A stretch of 64,000 nucleotides of DNA, taken from IMG/VR virus record IMGVR_UViG_3300006104_000014, positions 13,360-77,359 of that record; one strand, 5' to 3'. The notes below the pieces were generated by a model. The model saw only the letters and a list, made by a program, of their open reading frames with translations. It had not been told where the DNA came from and made no database searches. Within the stretch, counting starts at the first letter, position 1; every line of letters starts with the position of its first letter. The DNA comes from a virus. Below are positions 38,626 through 46,981 of the stretch, one piece after another. The position numbers and the translations under genes were made by a program.

Positions 38626-38957
38626 TATTTTGCTTTATTCTTTTGTTGACGTTTCTTTTGCTTTTCTTCATCTGCAGCTTGGGCTCTACCTGTATAGACT
38701 CCAATAGCATCGTAGTCATCACATTTACTGCACATATGACTATTAGCTAGATTTTGTATAAAAGAGTCACTATGTATACCCTTACCTTGTCTTCCAATGA
38801 TAGCTACAACGTGGTCATGTTGAGCTTCTCTAGAAACTAAAGCATAGCGTACTGCTCCGAATGTTTTTAATTTATCTCTAGAACTAAGCTGACCCCATAT
38901 GGCTTCAATATCATCAGTTACCTGTTTGCTCGCTGCATACCTTATAGACCAGTTCAT
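38625..38957 (-). CDS. Hypothetical protein with NWSIRYA leader
   Basis: 110 aa. Confidence 0.7.
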   Translation of the reverse strand: MNWSIRYAASKQVTDDIEAIWGQLSSRDKLKTFGAVRYALVSREAQHDHVVAIIGRQGKGIHSDSFIQNLANSHMCSKCDDYDAIGVYTGRAQAADEEKQKKRQQKNKAK

Positions 38958-40375
38958 AGTATATCTTCAAACCCTTCATAGCCAGGAGCAAGCTGTCGCC
39001 ATGGGTAAGCCCGTTGAAACTTGTTAGCTATATTAATCAGCCTATTGTCCTGATAGTGCAGCGCTGTTACCTGCAAACCGAACGGCAATCCATTAGAACA
39101 CGCACCGAACGGTATGGATATTGCAGGCACACCTGTGACATTTTGCATTGACTCGTTATAGTCTTTTGCTGGTGGATTATAGCTACCATCAGCAGCGAAG
39201 CCAGGGTTTGGATTGGTTGGCGTGAGAAGCAGTCCATCGCTGCCAAGGAGATCATCAAGATTTTTAATATACATAAACCTCTTGCGTCGAAGATCCATGT
39301 ATTCTTGTAGGTCTACACCCTTACCTATAGTTAAAAAGTCTTTACCAGATTTAGTTAGTTTGTCCCAGTGCTTGTCTACCCACTGCTTGCCAAATTTAGT
39401 ATACTGATCTGCTGACACAGCATTGTACCACTCAAGATCCGGATTGCCCTCTGGGAAAACATCCCGTGGCTCTATCCATATCACTTCGCGCTTCATTAGC
39501 TTACCAAATGCTTCTGCTGCCTCTTTAAACTTTTCAGCAGTCTCTGCTGGCAGCTTTCCAAATGGTGACGTTCTTTCAGCTGCGTATATCTTACCGACAC
39601 CATATTCTTTATTGTCCAGGAAGTTAACAGCGTCCAGTGGCAAGCTTGCTGGGTCGCCAGGAGTAGGTGTTTTAAGGATATTATACATTAGTTGTAAATC
39701 GTCAGCAGAGTTAGCTAGAATACCATCAGTGGAGTAATCTATCCAATCTTGTGCAGGCCACCGGCCTATCATGCCATTGGTTGGCTTCAGCCCAAGCAGC
39801 CCACAGTAACCTGCTGGTGTGCGAATAGATCCGCCACCGTCTGTACCTGTAGCTGCAAAGACCAGGCCAGCAGATAGTGCAGCAGCACTACCACCACTAC
39901 TACCACCAGGAGCTAGCTTAATATTCCAGGGGTTAGTTGTTACTCCTGTTAGATCATTGGCTGTGTAGCCATTGCAACCAAACTCGGGTAGTGTGCTTTT
40001 GCCAACAAAAATAAACCCACTAGCTCTCATCTTTGCTGGAGTAGCATCGTCTTGCTCCTCTGGCTTTGCATTCTTAAATGCAACGCTGCCCTTTTTAGTT
40101 GGCATGCCTTTAACATTCTGCAGATCTTTTATCAGTGCTGGTACACCATGGATTGCTCTAGTAGCTTGACCACTATCAAACATTTTAGCTTGTTGGAGCG
40201 CGTCATCATATGCTTCGTGTGCAATGACATTAAGATCTTTGTTATACTTTTCTATATTACTTATACTTTTTTCTACCAGCTGGGTAGATGTGACTTTGCC
40301 AGACTGTAGAGCAGCAACAGCGCGTGTCAATGGACCAGAATTTTTACTAGATGAATAGCGTTGTGACCAGTTCAT
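38954..40375 (-). CDS. Amidase signature family enzyme (GatA-like fold) with NWSQRYS leader
   Basis: GVPALIKD (Lys), PGGSSGGSAAA, GTDGGGSIRTPA, GLPFGLQ. Confidence 0.92.
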   Translation of the reverse strand: MNWSQRYSSSKNSGPLTRAVAALQSGKVTSTQLVEKSISNIEKYNKDLNVIAHEAYDDALQQAKMFDSGQATRAIHGVPALIKDLQNVKGMPTKKGSVAFKNAKPEEQDDATPAKMRASGFIFVGKSTLPEFGCNGYTANDLTGVTTNPWNIKLAPGGSSGGSAAALSAGLVFAATGTDGGGSIRTPAGYCGLLGLKPTNGMIGRWPAQDWIDYSTDGILANSADDLQLMYNILKTPTPGDPASLPLDAVNFLDNKEYGVGKIYAAERTSPFGKLPAETAEKFKEAAEAFGKLMKREVIWIEPRDVFPEGNPDLEWYNAVSADQYTKFGKQWVDKHWDKLTKSGKDFLTIGKGVDLQEYMDLRRKRFMYIKNLDDLLGSDGLLLTPTNPNPGFAADGSYNPPAKDYNESMQNVTGVPAISIPFGACSNGLPFGLQVTALHYQDNRLINIANKFQRAYPWRQLAPGYEGFEDIL

Positions 40376-41676
40376 TGGTATTGCTCTTGTCTTTGTTCAA
40401 CATTTTTACGACGTTCTTCTGCCCTACAGTCAAGGCAAGGTTGTCTAGACATATTGGGTTGTAACAACTGGCCTAATGGAACTGTATTATAGCAACTTAA
40501 GCAAGTACCAACAGATTGTGGTTTTTCAGAAGCAGCTGGTGTTGCAGCTTGTTCTGTTTGCTGTGTTTGGTTTCTTTTACGGTACTGTCTTCTTGGAGTC
40601 TTAGGGGCAGCTTTACTATCACGGTCTTCTGTTTCGTTAGCTGAATACTCTTTGGGTGAATAGTTTTTTACAAACTCACTGTAGTCATCAGAGCCTTTTG
40701 ATAATCCAGCATTTACAGCAGCTTGGTGAGCAGCAGCATAAGTTCTACAACCCTCACAGGGCTTTTCTTTTAAGTTGTAGTGTTTTGATAAGTTAGAGTG
40801 GCTAGGTTGACCTTTTGGGTCTTCAGAATCCCAATCATGTTCTACACTTGCTTCTGGCCTATTAAGGTAGGCCATTCCACTATGTACACTACCATGCTTG
40901 TTAGACATCATAGCTCTAAAGGCAGCTTCTGCTTTTGCCTTTGAAGTGTGGTGAGATAAGATCTTACCTGTACCCTTTTGCCAAATTACCCAGCTTTTAG
41001 ACTTCTTATCGTAACGTACATAATGGTATCCATTTTCAGATGCATACCTTTCATTCCAATTAGCACTACCCATATGCCCTTCCATAAAAGGCTTCATCGA
41101 TTCTTGTAGGTACTCATCATGGAAGGAATGTGCATTCATCTTAGAGTAATTTTCTCTAAGTTGTTCAATTGGGCCTTCTTCAATATTTGTACCCGACGAC
41201 CTAGGAAATAATTCAGAATGGGGCTGTGTCTCTTGTTCAGATCTACTTGGAAGTCCATGACAAAATACCATCAAATCTGATAAGCAATTTGAGTGTGCAG
41301 GTCCAGCAAAATGTGCACCAAAATCTGATGGAAGTATTTCTCCATCTTCACTAGGACCTGGGACTAAACGTTTTGCCATTTCTCCAGGTTTAAACTTATC
41401 CCCACACCAAATACAACGGTTTTCTCTGATGCACTTTTCATGCATCATTGGGTTGATGCCACCGTCTGGATGCATAGTATAACCTACAGCATGTGGCTCG
41501 TCACTAAAGGAGCCTCCACCAGTAGGTCCATAGAATTTTCTAGTTGGAACGTAGTGTGGTCTTGACCTTCCAATAGGTGGATCCCATATCATACTTCTGT
41601 TCCAAAGTTTCTTTGGCTTAGCGTATCTCTTGTCCCAAGCTAAGGAACCTAAATAGTTAGTCATACTTTTACTCAC
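40372..41676 (-). CDS. Multi-domain hypothetical protein with two WxxRYA motifs
   Basis: 434 aa; WDKRYA, NWNERYA, CIWC, GKILSHHTSKAKA. Confidence 0.7.
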   Translation of the reverse strand: MSKSMTNYLGSLAWDKRYAKPKKLWNRSMIWDPPIGRSRPHYVPTRKFYGPTGGGSFSDEPHAVGYTMHPDGGINPMMHEKCIRENRCIWCGDKFKPGEMAKRLVPGPSEDGEILPSDFGAHFAGPAHSNCLSDLMVFCHGLPSRSEQETQPHSELFPRSSGTNIEEGPIEQLRENYSKMNAHSFHDEYLQESMKPFMEGHMGSANWNERYASENGYHYVRYDKKSKSWVIWQKGTGKILSHHTSKAKAEAAFRAMMSNKHGSVHSGMAYLNRPEASVEHDWDSEDPKGQPSHSNLSKHYNLKEKPCEGCRTYAAAHQAAVNAGLSKGSDDYSEFVKNYSPKEYSANETEDRDSKAAPKTPRRQYRKRNQTQQTEQAATPAASEKPQSVGTCLSCYNTVPLGQLLQPNMSRQPCLDCRAEERRKNVEQRQEQYQ

Positions 41677-41921
41677 CTATACTTTTCCAATACGTCTAAG
41701 GCATCGCTTATACCAGCAGCTCTATCTGGGCTATAAATACCATTACCAGCTGCAAGGTGGGCATTAGCAGCTACAAGGTGGGCCCTTGATAAAGGTCCCT
41801 CTGTATTTTTTGACCGGTCTAAATGGTATAAGTGTCTAGTACCATGGTCGTAGGGATCTAATTCAGTCTGAATAAAAGGCCCAAGTGATACTTTCTTAAA
41901 ACGCTCATTCCAACTATACAT
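41673..41921 (-). CDS. Hypothetical protein (MYSWNERF...), His-Ala helix
   Basis: GGAG RBS before ATG 41921. Confidence 0.6.
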   Translation of the reverse strand: MYSWNERFKKVSLGPFIQTELDPYDHGTRHLYHLDRSKNTEGPLSRAHLVAANAHLAAGNGIYSPDRAAGISDALDVLEKYR

Positions 41922-42207
41922 AAAAACTCCCAAAATCTAGTCGTGGCTTTTTTTTTGCGCAACCCCAATATTACAAGGGTATTTACACCTTCCCTTAGTC
42001 TTTTAAAGAATTACATTTGACAGAGTTACTATTGTCAAGCCGTACTTTTCGCGGGTCCTCCAAACAGTGTACTTAGTTCTCTCCTTTTAGGGGGAATTTA
42101 TATACAGTTAAGGATACACTTTAAGAGACAAAAGGACAACCGGGTATCCTCCTATTAGGACAGCCATTAGGGAAATATAGGATGTTCTAAAAAACTGCAT
42201 TTCTAGT

Positions 42208-42328
42208 CTCGGCTTTGGCTAACTGACGCCGTGGTTCCAGGAGATCAGCTGTTGGGGGGATGCAAATCTTTACGGCGGATAAGCCGGGGACCTATACAAG
42301 CATCCCCAGGCCTACCTGGACTGCCGAG
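42208..42328 (-). ncRNA. Putative multi-stem structured RNA with pseudoknot
   Basis: CTCGGC/GCCGAG, CCAGG/CCTGG, GGATGC/GCATCC, AGCTGA/TCAGTT, loop pairing CGCCGT/ACGGCG. Confidence 0.5.
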
Positions 42329-42333
42329 GTTAA

Positions 42334-42660
42334 CTAACCCTCGTACTCGGCCTCGGCCTCGTCATCCATCTCGGGGAGAGGACCGAACTCGCAGCTGTCG
42401 AACAGCAACGTCGCGTTCGTCTTGGTGGCCCCCACGGTCTCGGCCTTCCAGCGGCCGGACTTCTCACCCTGGGTAACGATCACCACGATAACCTCTCCCT
42501 CCACCTCGTAGGCACCGAGGACCACACCGTGCCAGCTCTGAGCCTTCGGGTTGTCGGGGTTCCACGTCACCTCCTGGTACTGACCGAAGTCCTCCAGGGT
42601 GTAGGTGGCCTTGTTGGCCTTGCGGTTACTGAAACTGAAACTGCCGGCGTTGCTAGTCAT
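42334..42660 (-). CDS. GC-rich early hypothetical protein (start MTSNAG), SH3-like
   Basis: AGGAGG RBS before ATG 42660; strong C/G third-position bias. Confidence 0.75.
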   Translation of the reverse strand: MTSNAGSFSFSNRKANKATYTLEDFGQYQEVTWNPDNPKAQSWHGVVLGAYEVEGEVIVVIVTQGEKSGRWKAETVGATKTNATLLFDSCEFGPLPEMDDEAEAEYEG

Positions 42661-42744
42661 GTTTCCTCCTAAGGAACATGGTCTCAACCCGGGATAACGG
42701 CTACCCCGGGGTACTACTTGGTACTTCCTATCCTTAGGTCTATT

Positions 42745-42805
42745 TCCCCCAAAGGATATATTATAATAAATCCCCGTAAGTAGGGTAATATTTTTAAATA
42801 TTACC
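42745..42805 (-). promoter_or_regulatory. Repeated early promoter (variant)
   Basis: TTACCC-17nt-TATAAT-ATATCCTTTGGGGG with AT-rich upstream. Confidence 0.65.
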
Positions 42806-42879
42806 ATCTCCTACCAGGACTCCCCGGGATTTCCGGGAATGCAATGGGACCAATTGGCCTTTAATTACTTAGGCCTATT

Positions 42880-42938
42880 TGCCCCATTTGGTATATTATT
42901 ATAAATTACCGTAAGTAGGGTAAAATTTATAAATATTA
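42880..42938 (-). promoter_or_regulatory. Repeated early promoter (tandem variant copy)
   Basis: Shares TTACCCTACTTACGG with the adjacent copy. Confidence 0.55.
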
Positions 42939-43450
42939 GCTACTTCTACCATCCTGCAAGTGTTATAGCTTTCTGGAGAAGTGTTGGTGCTATATAGCTC
43001 CTAAAGCGTGTTAGACACGTCTGTCACTATAAGGTAGTCACCATACTATATGTCCCGTCAGCACCTATAGTAGTAGGAGTGTACTATAATTAACGTCTCC
43101 GTCTACATATGGCAGGCACACGTGTACACATGCAGTTCTACTAGATAAACACTGCTGTCCTATAGCTGTTGAGCTGCAGACACATCCATCCTACCTAGCC
43201 TACTAGTAGTCGTATACTCTTTAACTACTTTTTCTGTAGACACCTTAGATTAACATCCCAAACACACCTTACTTTAACACGTATAGTATGGGATGTTGGA
43301 GATAGAAATAGTAGTAAGTATGATAGTATAACGTGGATACGACGTAATACTATAGGTTATCTACACACCTATGCCCTATCCACTACTACCATACCTACTA
43401 CTATTCTATTTTAACGACTCCGTAGGATCACTCTTTCTTTCGCTACGCTC

Positions 43451-43741
43451 CTACGAAATGCATCCTACCAACACTCCGAGCCCAAAGACTAGACCAGCAA
43501 AGATAGCCAACACCGCCGTTCCTATTGGCGATACGAAGATGTCCAAATCATCAACGAGTTCGTCGTAGTCTTGGTTGTTTAGTTCAGGCATTTTCTCCAC
43601 AATCTTCTCGAATTCCGTGTCGTAATAGCTTTGCATGACGAGATCGTACTCATCAGCATCTTGCTTCCATTCTTCATCTTGCTCTTCTTTACCGAGGTCT
43701 TCATGGTGAACCCCTTCAAAGATATCATCCCAATCCATCAC
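43451..43741 (-). CDS. Acidic protein with C-terminal TM helix
   Basis: 96 aa. Confidence 0.65.
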   Translation of the reverse strand: MMDWDDIFEGVHHEDLGKEEQDEEWKQDADEYDLVMQSYYDTEFEKIVEKMPELNNQDYDELVDDLDIFVSPIGTAVLAIFAGLVFGLGVLVGCIS

Positions 43742-44013
43742 TCCTCCTCTTCTTCTTCTTCAGCAGGGAACATCTTCTCCCAGCATGCAGGGCAGGTACC
43801 GGAGATCAACATCTCACGGTCATCAGCACTCAACTCCGGAAAAGCCTCCTGGATTGCCATCTCCTTGTTTTGCCAACGGAGGAATTTAACTCCATCAACA
43901 CGGATACCAGGGTTGTCCTTCTGGCACATCAAGCACCTGGTTTCGATGTACATCTGCCCTTCTTCCAGCTGAATCTCTTCACCACTTCTGGCGAAAAAGG
44001 TCGTTGCCATCAT
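43738..44013 (-). CDS. Zinc-binding phage hypothetical protein
   Basis: CLMC, IQEAFPELSADDREMLISGTCPACW; GGAGG RBS. Confidence 0.7.
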   Translation of the reverse strand: MMATTFFARSGEEIQLEEGQMYIETRCLMCQKDNPGIRVDGVKFLRWQNKEMAIQEAFPELSADDREMLISGTCPACWEKMFPAEEEEEEE

Positions 44014-44023
44014 TTCCTCCACT

Positions 44024-44082
44024 TAGCCTGTCTCATCAGTACCAGTAGGCTAATTCCGGTAGAGGCCTCACGGCCTTTCGAC
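44024..44082 (-). ncRNA. Hammerhead ribozyme type II (HH1)
   Basis: GTC GAAA GGCC-GTGA-GGCC TC^TACCGG..CTGGTA CTGATGA GAC; pseudoknot AGCCT/AGGCT. Confidence 0.92.
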
Positions 44083-44486
44083 TACCGCAGATCGTTAGCG
44101 GCATCTTCTGGGAACTTCTGCTCGTATGCCCTGGCAATGACTCCGTCACTGCTCAGCTTCATCATGTCGAACACCTCAATCCAGAGTCCTGAGATACTCT
44201 TGGAGATCCGACGGTAAGAAGCAGACTGTGTCATGTACTTCTCCTTCTTCTCCTTCCTGTCTTCGGACTGTTCCTCCTTCTCTTCAGACTCGGCGTACTC
44301 AATGAACCGGTTGCTGTGGGCAAGCAATGCTGACAAGATCCGGTCCCACTGTTCGTAGGACAACTCGATGGAAACCGTCAACGGTTCTTGCATCCTTTCT
44401 TTCTGTGCCCTGTAAGTCTCGATACGAGTATCGAAGTCACCGTCGATCTTGTCCACCAACTCCTGGGTTGTCTCTTCCGCTTCCAT
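44082..44486 (-). CDS. Hypothetical protein
   Basis: 134 aa between HH2 and HH1. Confidence 0.75.
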   Translation of the reverse strand: MEAEETTQELVDKIDGDFDTRIETYRAQKERMQEPLTVSIELSYEQWDRILSALLAHSNRFIEYAESEEKEEQSEDRKEKKEKYMTQSASYRRISKSISGLWIEVFDMMKLSSDGVIARAYEQKFPEDAANDLR

Positions 44487-44498
44487 ATTTCCCCCTAG

Positions 44499-44557
44499 TA
44501 GTCTGTCTCATCAGGTGTGGTAGACTAATTCCACACTACGCCTCACGGCGTTTCGAC
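44499..44557 (-). ncRNA. Hammerhead ribozyme type II (HH2)
   Basis: GTC GAAA CGCC-GTGA-GGCG TA^GTGTGG..CCACAC CTGATGA GAC; TAGTCT/AGACTA. Confidence 0.92.
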
Positions 44558-44566
44558 CGTACCTTT

Positions 44567-44905
44567 TTAAGCGTACTCGCGGTTTTCACCGATGTACCGT
44601 ACGTACTTCTTGTATGTACCATTAGGTTGACGTCGGATTGTAGTCTCATAAGGCAACTTGTCTACCTCGTAACCGTTTTGCTTGTTGAACTTGGTCATGG
44701 GCACATGCATAAGCGTTGCCAAAATAGTAGTCGTTGAACGATAAGTGTTGTGCTCACTCCAAAGGAACCACACACCTGGGTTGTCCTTTAGCTGCTTCTC
44801 CCGGATTATGGTCCTTATCGAAAGGTTCCTGCTTCCGGGTAGAGGGTCAACGATGGCTACTGGCTCTTCTTGTTGCATCTCAAACTTACTATACACCCTG
44901 TACAT
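44567..44905 (-). CDS. Hypothetical protein
   Basis: 112 aa between HH3 and HH2. Confidence 0.7.
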   Translation of the reverse strand: MYRVYSKFEMQQEEPVAIVDPLPGSRNLSIRTIIREKQLKDNPGVWFLWSEHNTYRSTTTILATLMHVPMTKFNKQNGYEVDKLPYETTIRRQPNGTYKKYVRYIGENREYA

Positions 44906-44923
44906 GTTGAGCTCCTTACTATG

Positions 44924-44981
44924 GGCCTGTCTCCTCAGTGCAGTTAGGCCAAATCCTGCAGACGCCTTACGGCGTTTCGAC
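44924..44981 (-). ncRNA. Hammerhead ribozyme type II (HH3)
   Basis: GTC GAAA CGCC-GTAA-GGCG TC^TGCAG..CTGCA CTGAGGA GAC; GGCCT/AGGCC. Confidence 0.92.
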
Positions 44982-45334
44982 TAGTGGATACCGTAGTAAT
45001 CGAAGAGTTCTTCGATGGGATCCATCTCACGTCGGAGTATGTCATTTGCAACTCTGGAAGCCAATTCGAAGGTGTCGTAGTAGGCGTTGTGGTAAATACC
45101 ACCCATCTTACTCTTAATCTCCATCTCCAGCTTGTATGGGCCTGAGTCACCACCAAGTGTGGAGATCATCACATCAAACGAATTGGGCCAGCGGGATGAG
45201 TCAAAATTCTCATCAGAGTGCAACACCAAACCTGCATCGTTGACAATGCGGTAATTGTGGATACCGTATCCGTCAAGATCGATTACACTCGTCAACTTCC
45301 ACTTCACACCATCTACTTCGTAATCCGTCTTCAT
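44981..45334 (-). CDS. Hypothetical protein (start MKTDYEV)
   Basis: ATGA overlap with upstream small ORF. Confidence 0.7.
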   Translation of the reverse strand: MKTDYEVDGVKWKLTSVIDLDGYGIHNYRIVNDAGLVLHSDENFDSSRWPNSFDVMISTLGGDSGPYKLEMEIKSKMGGIYHNAYYDTFELASRVANDILRREMDPIEELFDYYGIH

Positions 45335-45507
45335 CGCATTGCATCCTTCCAAACAATGTTTTGGGCGTAGGTAACACTCTGTCTACCATCGATGTGGCCA
45401 ACAACTACTTTGCAACGGCCACCTTGAGTAGCAAAACTCTCAACAATGGCAATCTGTCCTTTGACCGTACAAACACGGCCAATATCGGACACCTTCAGCT
45501 GATTCAT
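45331..45507 (-). CDS. Small hypothetical protein (58 aa, MNQLKVSDIG...)
   Basis: Manual translation; GGAGG RBS directly after HH4. Confidence 0.7.
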   Translation of the reverse strand: MNQLKVSDIGRVCTVKGQIAIVESFATQGGRCKVVVGHIDGRQSVTYAQNIVWKDAMR

Positions 45508-45519
45508 TGTTCCTCCATT

Positions 45520-45578
45520 TGGTCTGCCTCATCAGCACCGGTGGACCAGTTCCGGTGGACGCCTCACGGCGTTTCGGC
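45520..45578 (-). ncRNA. Hammerhead ribozyme type II (HH4)
   Basis: GCC GAAA CGCC-GTGA-GGCG TC^CACCGG..CCGGTG CTGATGA GGC; TGGTC/GACCA. Confidence 0.92.
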
Positions 45579-45589
45579 ATTACTACCGA

Positions 45590-46195
45590 TTACTTCTTGG
45601 CCTTGGCCAGCTTCGTGTTCCAGTCCAGCATGTCAGGACGGATTGGCTCCAAACGTGCCTGAACTCTCATCTGTCCAACCTCGCAGAGCCGAGTTCCAAC
45701 GGACACATACAATCCGTTCTTGACGGCCTGCTTACGGAGGTAACACGCAAAGGCGTCACGCTTGTGGTAAGGAACATCCACGATGTGGACTTCACCGTTC
45801 AACAGCTTATCGATGTCAAACAAACGTGACCACAAGACGTATCGGCTGCCCTTGTTGAGGCTACCGGATCGCTTCTTGTCCTTATTGGACTTCCTGGTCT
45901 TGACACTCTTCGTGTCAGGTCCTGGGTCTTCCTGCTTCATGGGGACAAGGGGCTTAGACTCTGACACCTTTTTAACACTGGTGTCATAAAAGACCTTGTT
46001 ACCGGCCTTCATCGTCTGGTCCATTAAAGCACTGCAAAGAACCTCGTTGGACGAGTGTTCCAGGATACGACTCAGGAAGATATCGATTGCCTGATCGACA
46101 ATCTCTTCCTTGGTCGTAGGGGTAGGGTTTATGTAAACCAACAGGCACTCAATAAGCTGCAGCTTCTGTTGGGACACGGGGGACAGCTCTTGCAT
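45590..46195 (-). CDS. Basic hypothetical protein, possibly DNA-binding
   Basis: 201 aa between HH5 and HH4. Confidence 0.65.
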   Translation of the reverse strand: MQELSPVSQQKLQLIECLLVYINPTPTTKEEIVDQAIDIFLSRILEHSSNEVLCSALMDQTMKAGNKVFYDTSVKKVSESKPLVPMKQEDPGPDTKSVKTRKSNKDKKRSGSLNKGSRYVLWSRLFDIDKLLNGEVHIVDVPYHKRDAFACYLRKQAVKNGLYVSVGTRLCEVGQMRVQARLEPIRPDMLDWNTKLAKAKK

Positions 46196-46225
46196 GTCTT
46201 TCTCCCATTTCTCACTGATAACAAC

Positions 46226-46286
46226 GATCTGCCATCATCAGGCCTAAGGTGATCAATCCTTAGACGACGCCTCACGGCGTTTCGGC
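46226..46286 (-). ncRNA. Hammerhead ribozyme type II (HH5)
   Basis: GCC GAAA CGCC-GTGA-GGCG TC^GTCTAAGG..CCTTAGGC CTGATGA T GGC; GATC/GATC. Confidence 0.9.
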
Positions 46287-46300
46287 ATTACTACCGATTA

Positions 46301-46744
46301 CTACAGGTACACCATCCAATCAAAGGAGGACCGGTCCGAAACTCGGATGGTCTTGTCCGTTGAAGCCTGCAACAACCGGATCTGGTTGTCAATCTCTGAA
46401 AAGTTCGGCTCCTGAGGCTCTTGAGGCTTCGTGTACCAGTCATTAGTCAAAAACGCTGGGTCCAAGCCGGACAAGTCAACCCTTGGGGCCACCGGCTCCC
46501 AACTGTAGCCTTGGATGTGGAATCCAATCTTTCCATCCTTACTGGTGTAAAACCCACCACGGTTTGCAAATTCCACTTCATTGGCCTTGATCCAGGCCTT
46601 TACGGCAACTTCCACTGCCTTGTTCCAGGTCTTCAGACGTGTAGGGTAAGCCTTGACTTCCTCCACGTAACGAGCCATACGGTCCACTTTCCACTGCTCG
46701 AGAGCATCGATCAGGTATTGCTTCTCATACTTGTAGCTTGCCAT
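46301..46744 (-). CDS. Hypothetical protein (start MASYKY)
   Basis: GGAGG RBS; between HH6 and HH5. Confidence 0.75.
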   Translation of the reverse strand: MASYKYEKQYLIDALEQWKVDRMARYVEEVKAYPTRLKTWNKAVEVAVKAWIKANEVEFANRGGFYTSKDGKIGFHIQGYSWEPVAPRVDLSGLDPAFLTNDWYTKPQEPQEPNFSEIDNQIRLLQASTDKTIRVSDRSSFDWMVYL

Positions 46745-46775
46745 CAGGCATTCCTCCAAAGGAACACTGAATCAA

Positions 46776-46835
46776 CGGTTGTCTCATCAGGCCTGGGGTA
46801 CCGCACCCCAGACGACATCCATAGGATGTTTCGAC
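46776..46835 (-). ncRNA. Hammerhead ribozyme type II (HH6)
   Basis: GTC GAAA CATCC-TAT-GGATG TC^GTCTGGGG..CCCCAGGC CTGATGA GAC; CGGT/ACCG. Confidence 0.9.
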
Positions 46836-46870
46836 CTTACTAACACTACCTACTATATCCTTAGGTACAT

Positions 46871-46928
46871 TTCCCCCAAAGGATATATTATAATAAATTC
46901 CCGAATATTGCAAATTTATAATAAATAG
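46871..46928 (-). promoter_or_regulatory. Repeated strong early promoter
   Basis: AT-rich UP tract, TTGCAA-TATTCGGGAATTTATTA-TAATAT; near-identical to 49811-49867. Confidence 0.75.
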
Positions 46929-46942
46929 TAGGTGCAGGGGAG

Positions 46943-46970
46943 TGGGCAGTTTACGGTCGTACCCAGGACC
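46943..46970 (-). ncRNA. Compact H-type pseudoknot motif, copy A
   Basis: GGTC-CTGGGTAC-GACC-GTAAAC-TGCCCA. Confidence 0.55.
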
Positions 46971-46981
46971 TAACAGTTGGC

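Noticed and set aside
38954-40375. Calling the amidase gatA
   Set aside because: Family motifs are clear, but there is no gatB/gatC context and I cannot distinguish it from other amidase-signature enzymes
5160-42020. A late-promoter consensus (TGTAA...TAAG-like) upstream of structural genes
   Set aside because: Spacing and sequence too inconsistent by eye to support a call
42661-42807. N-terminal extensions of track ORFs at 42807, 53992 and 23042, and ORFs 46725..46913 and 18678..18878
   Set aside because: They run through promoter, ribozyme, tRNA or terminator sequence; downstream ATGs with good RBS are more plausible
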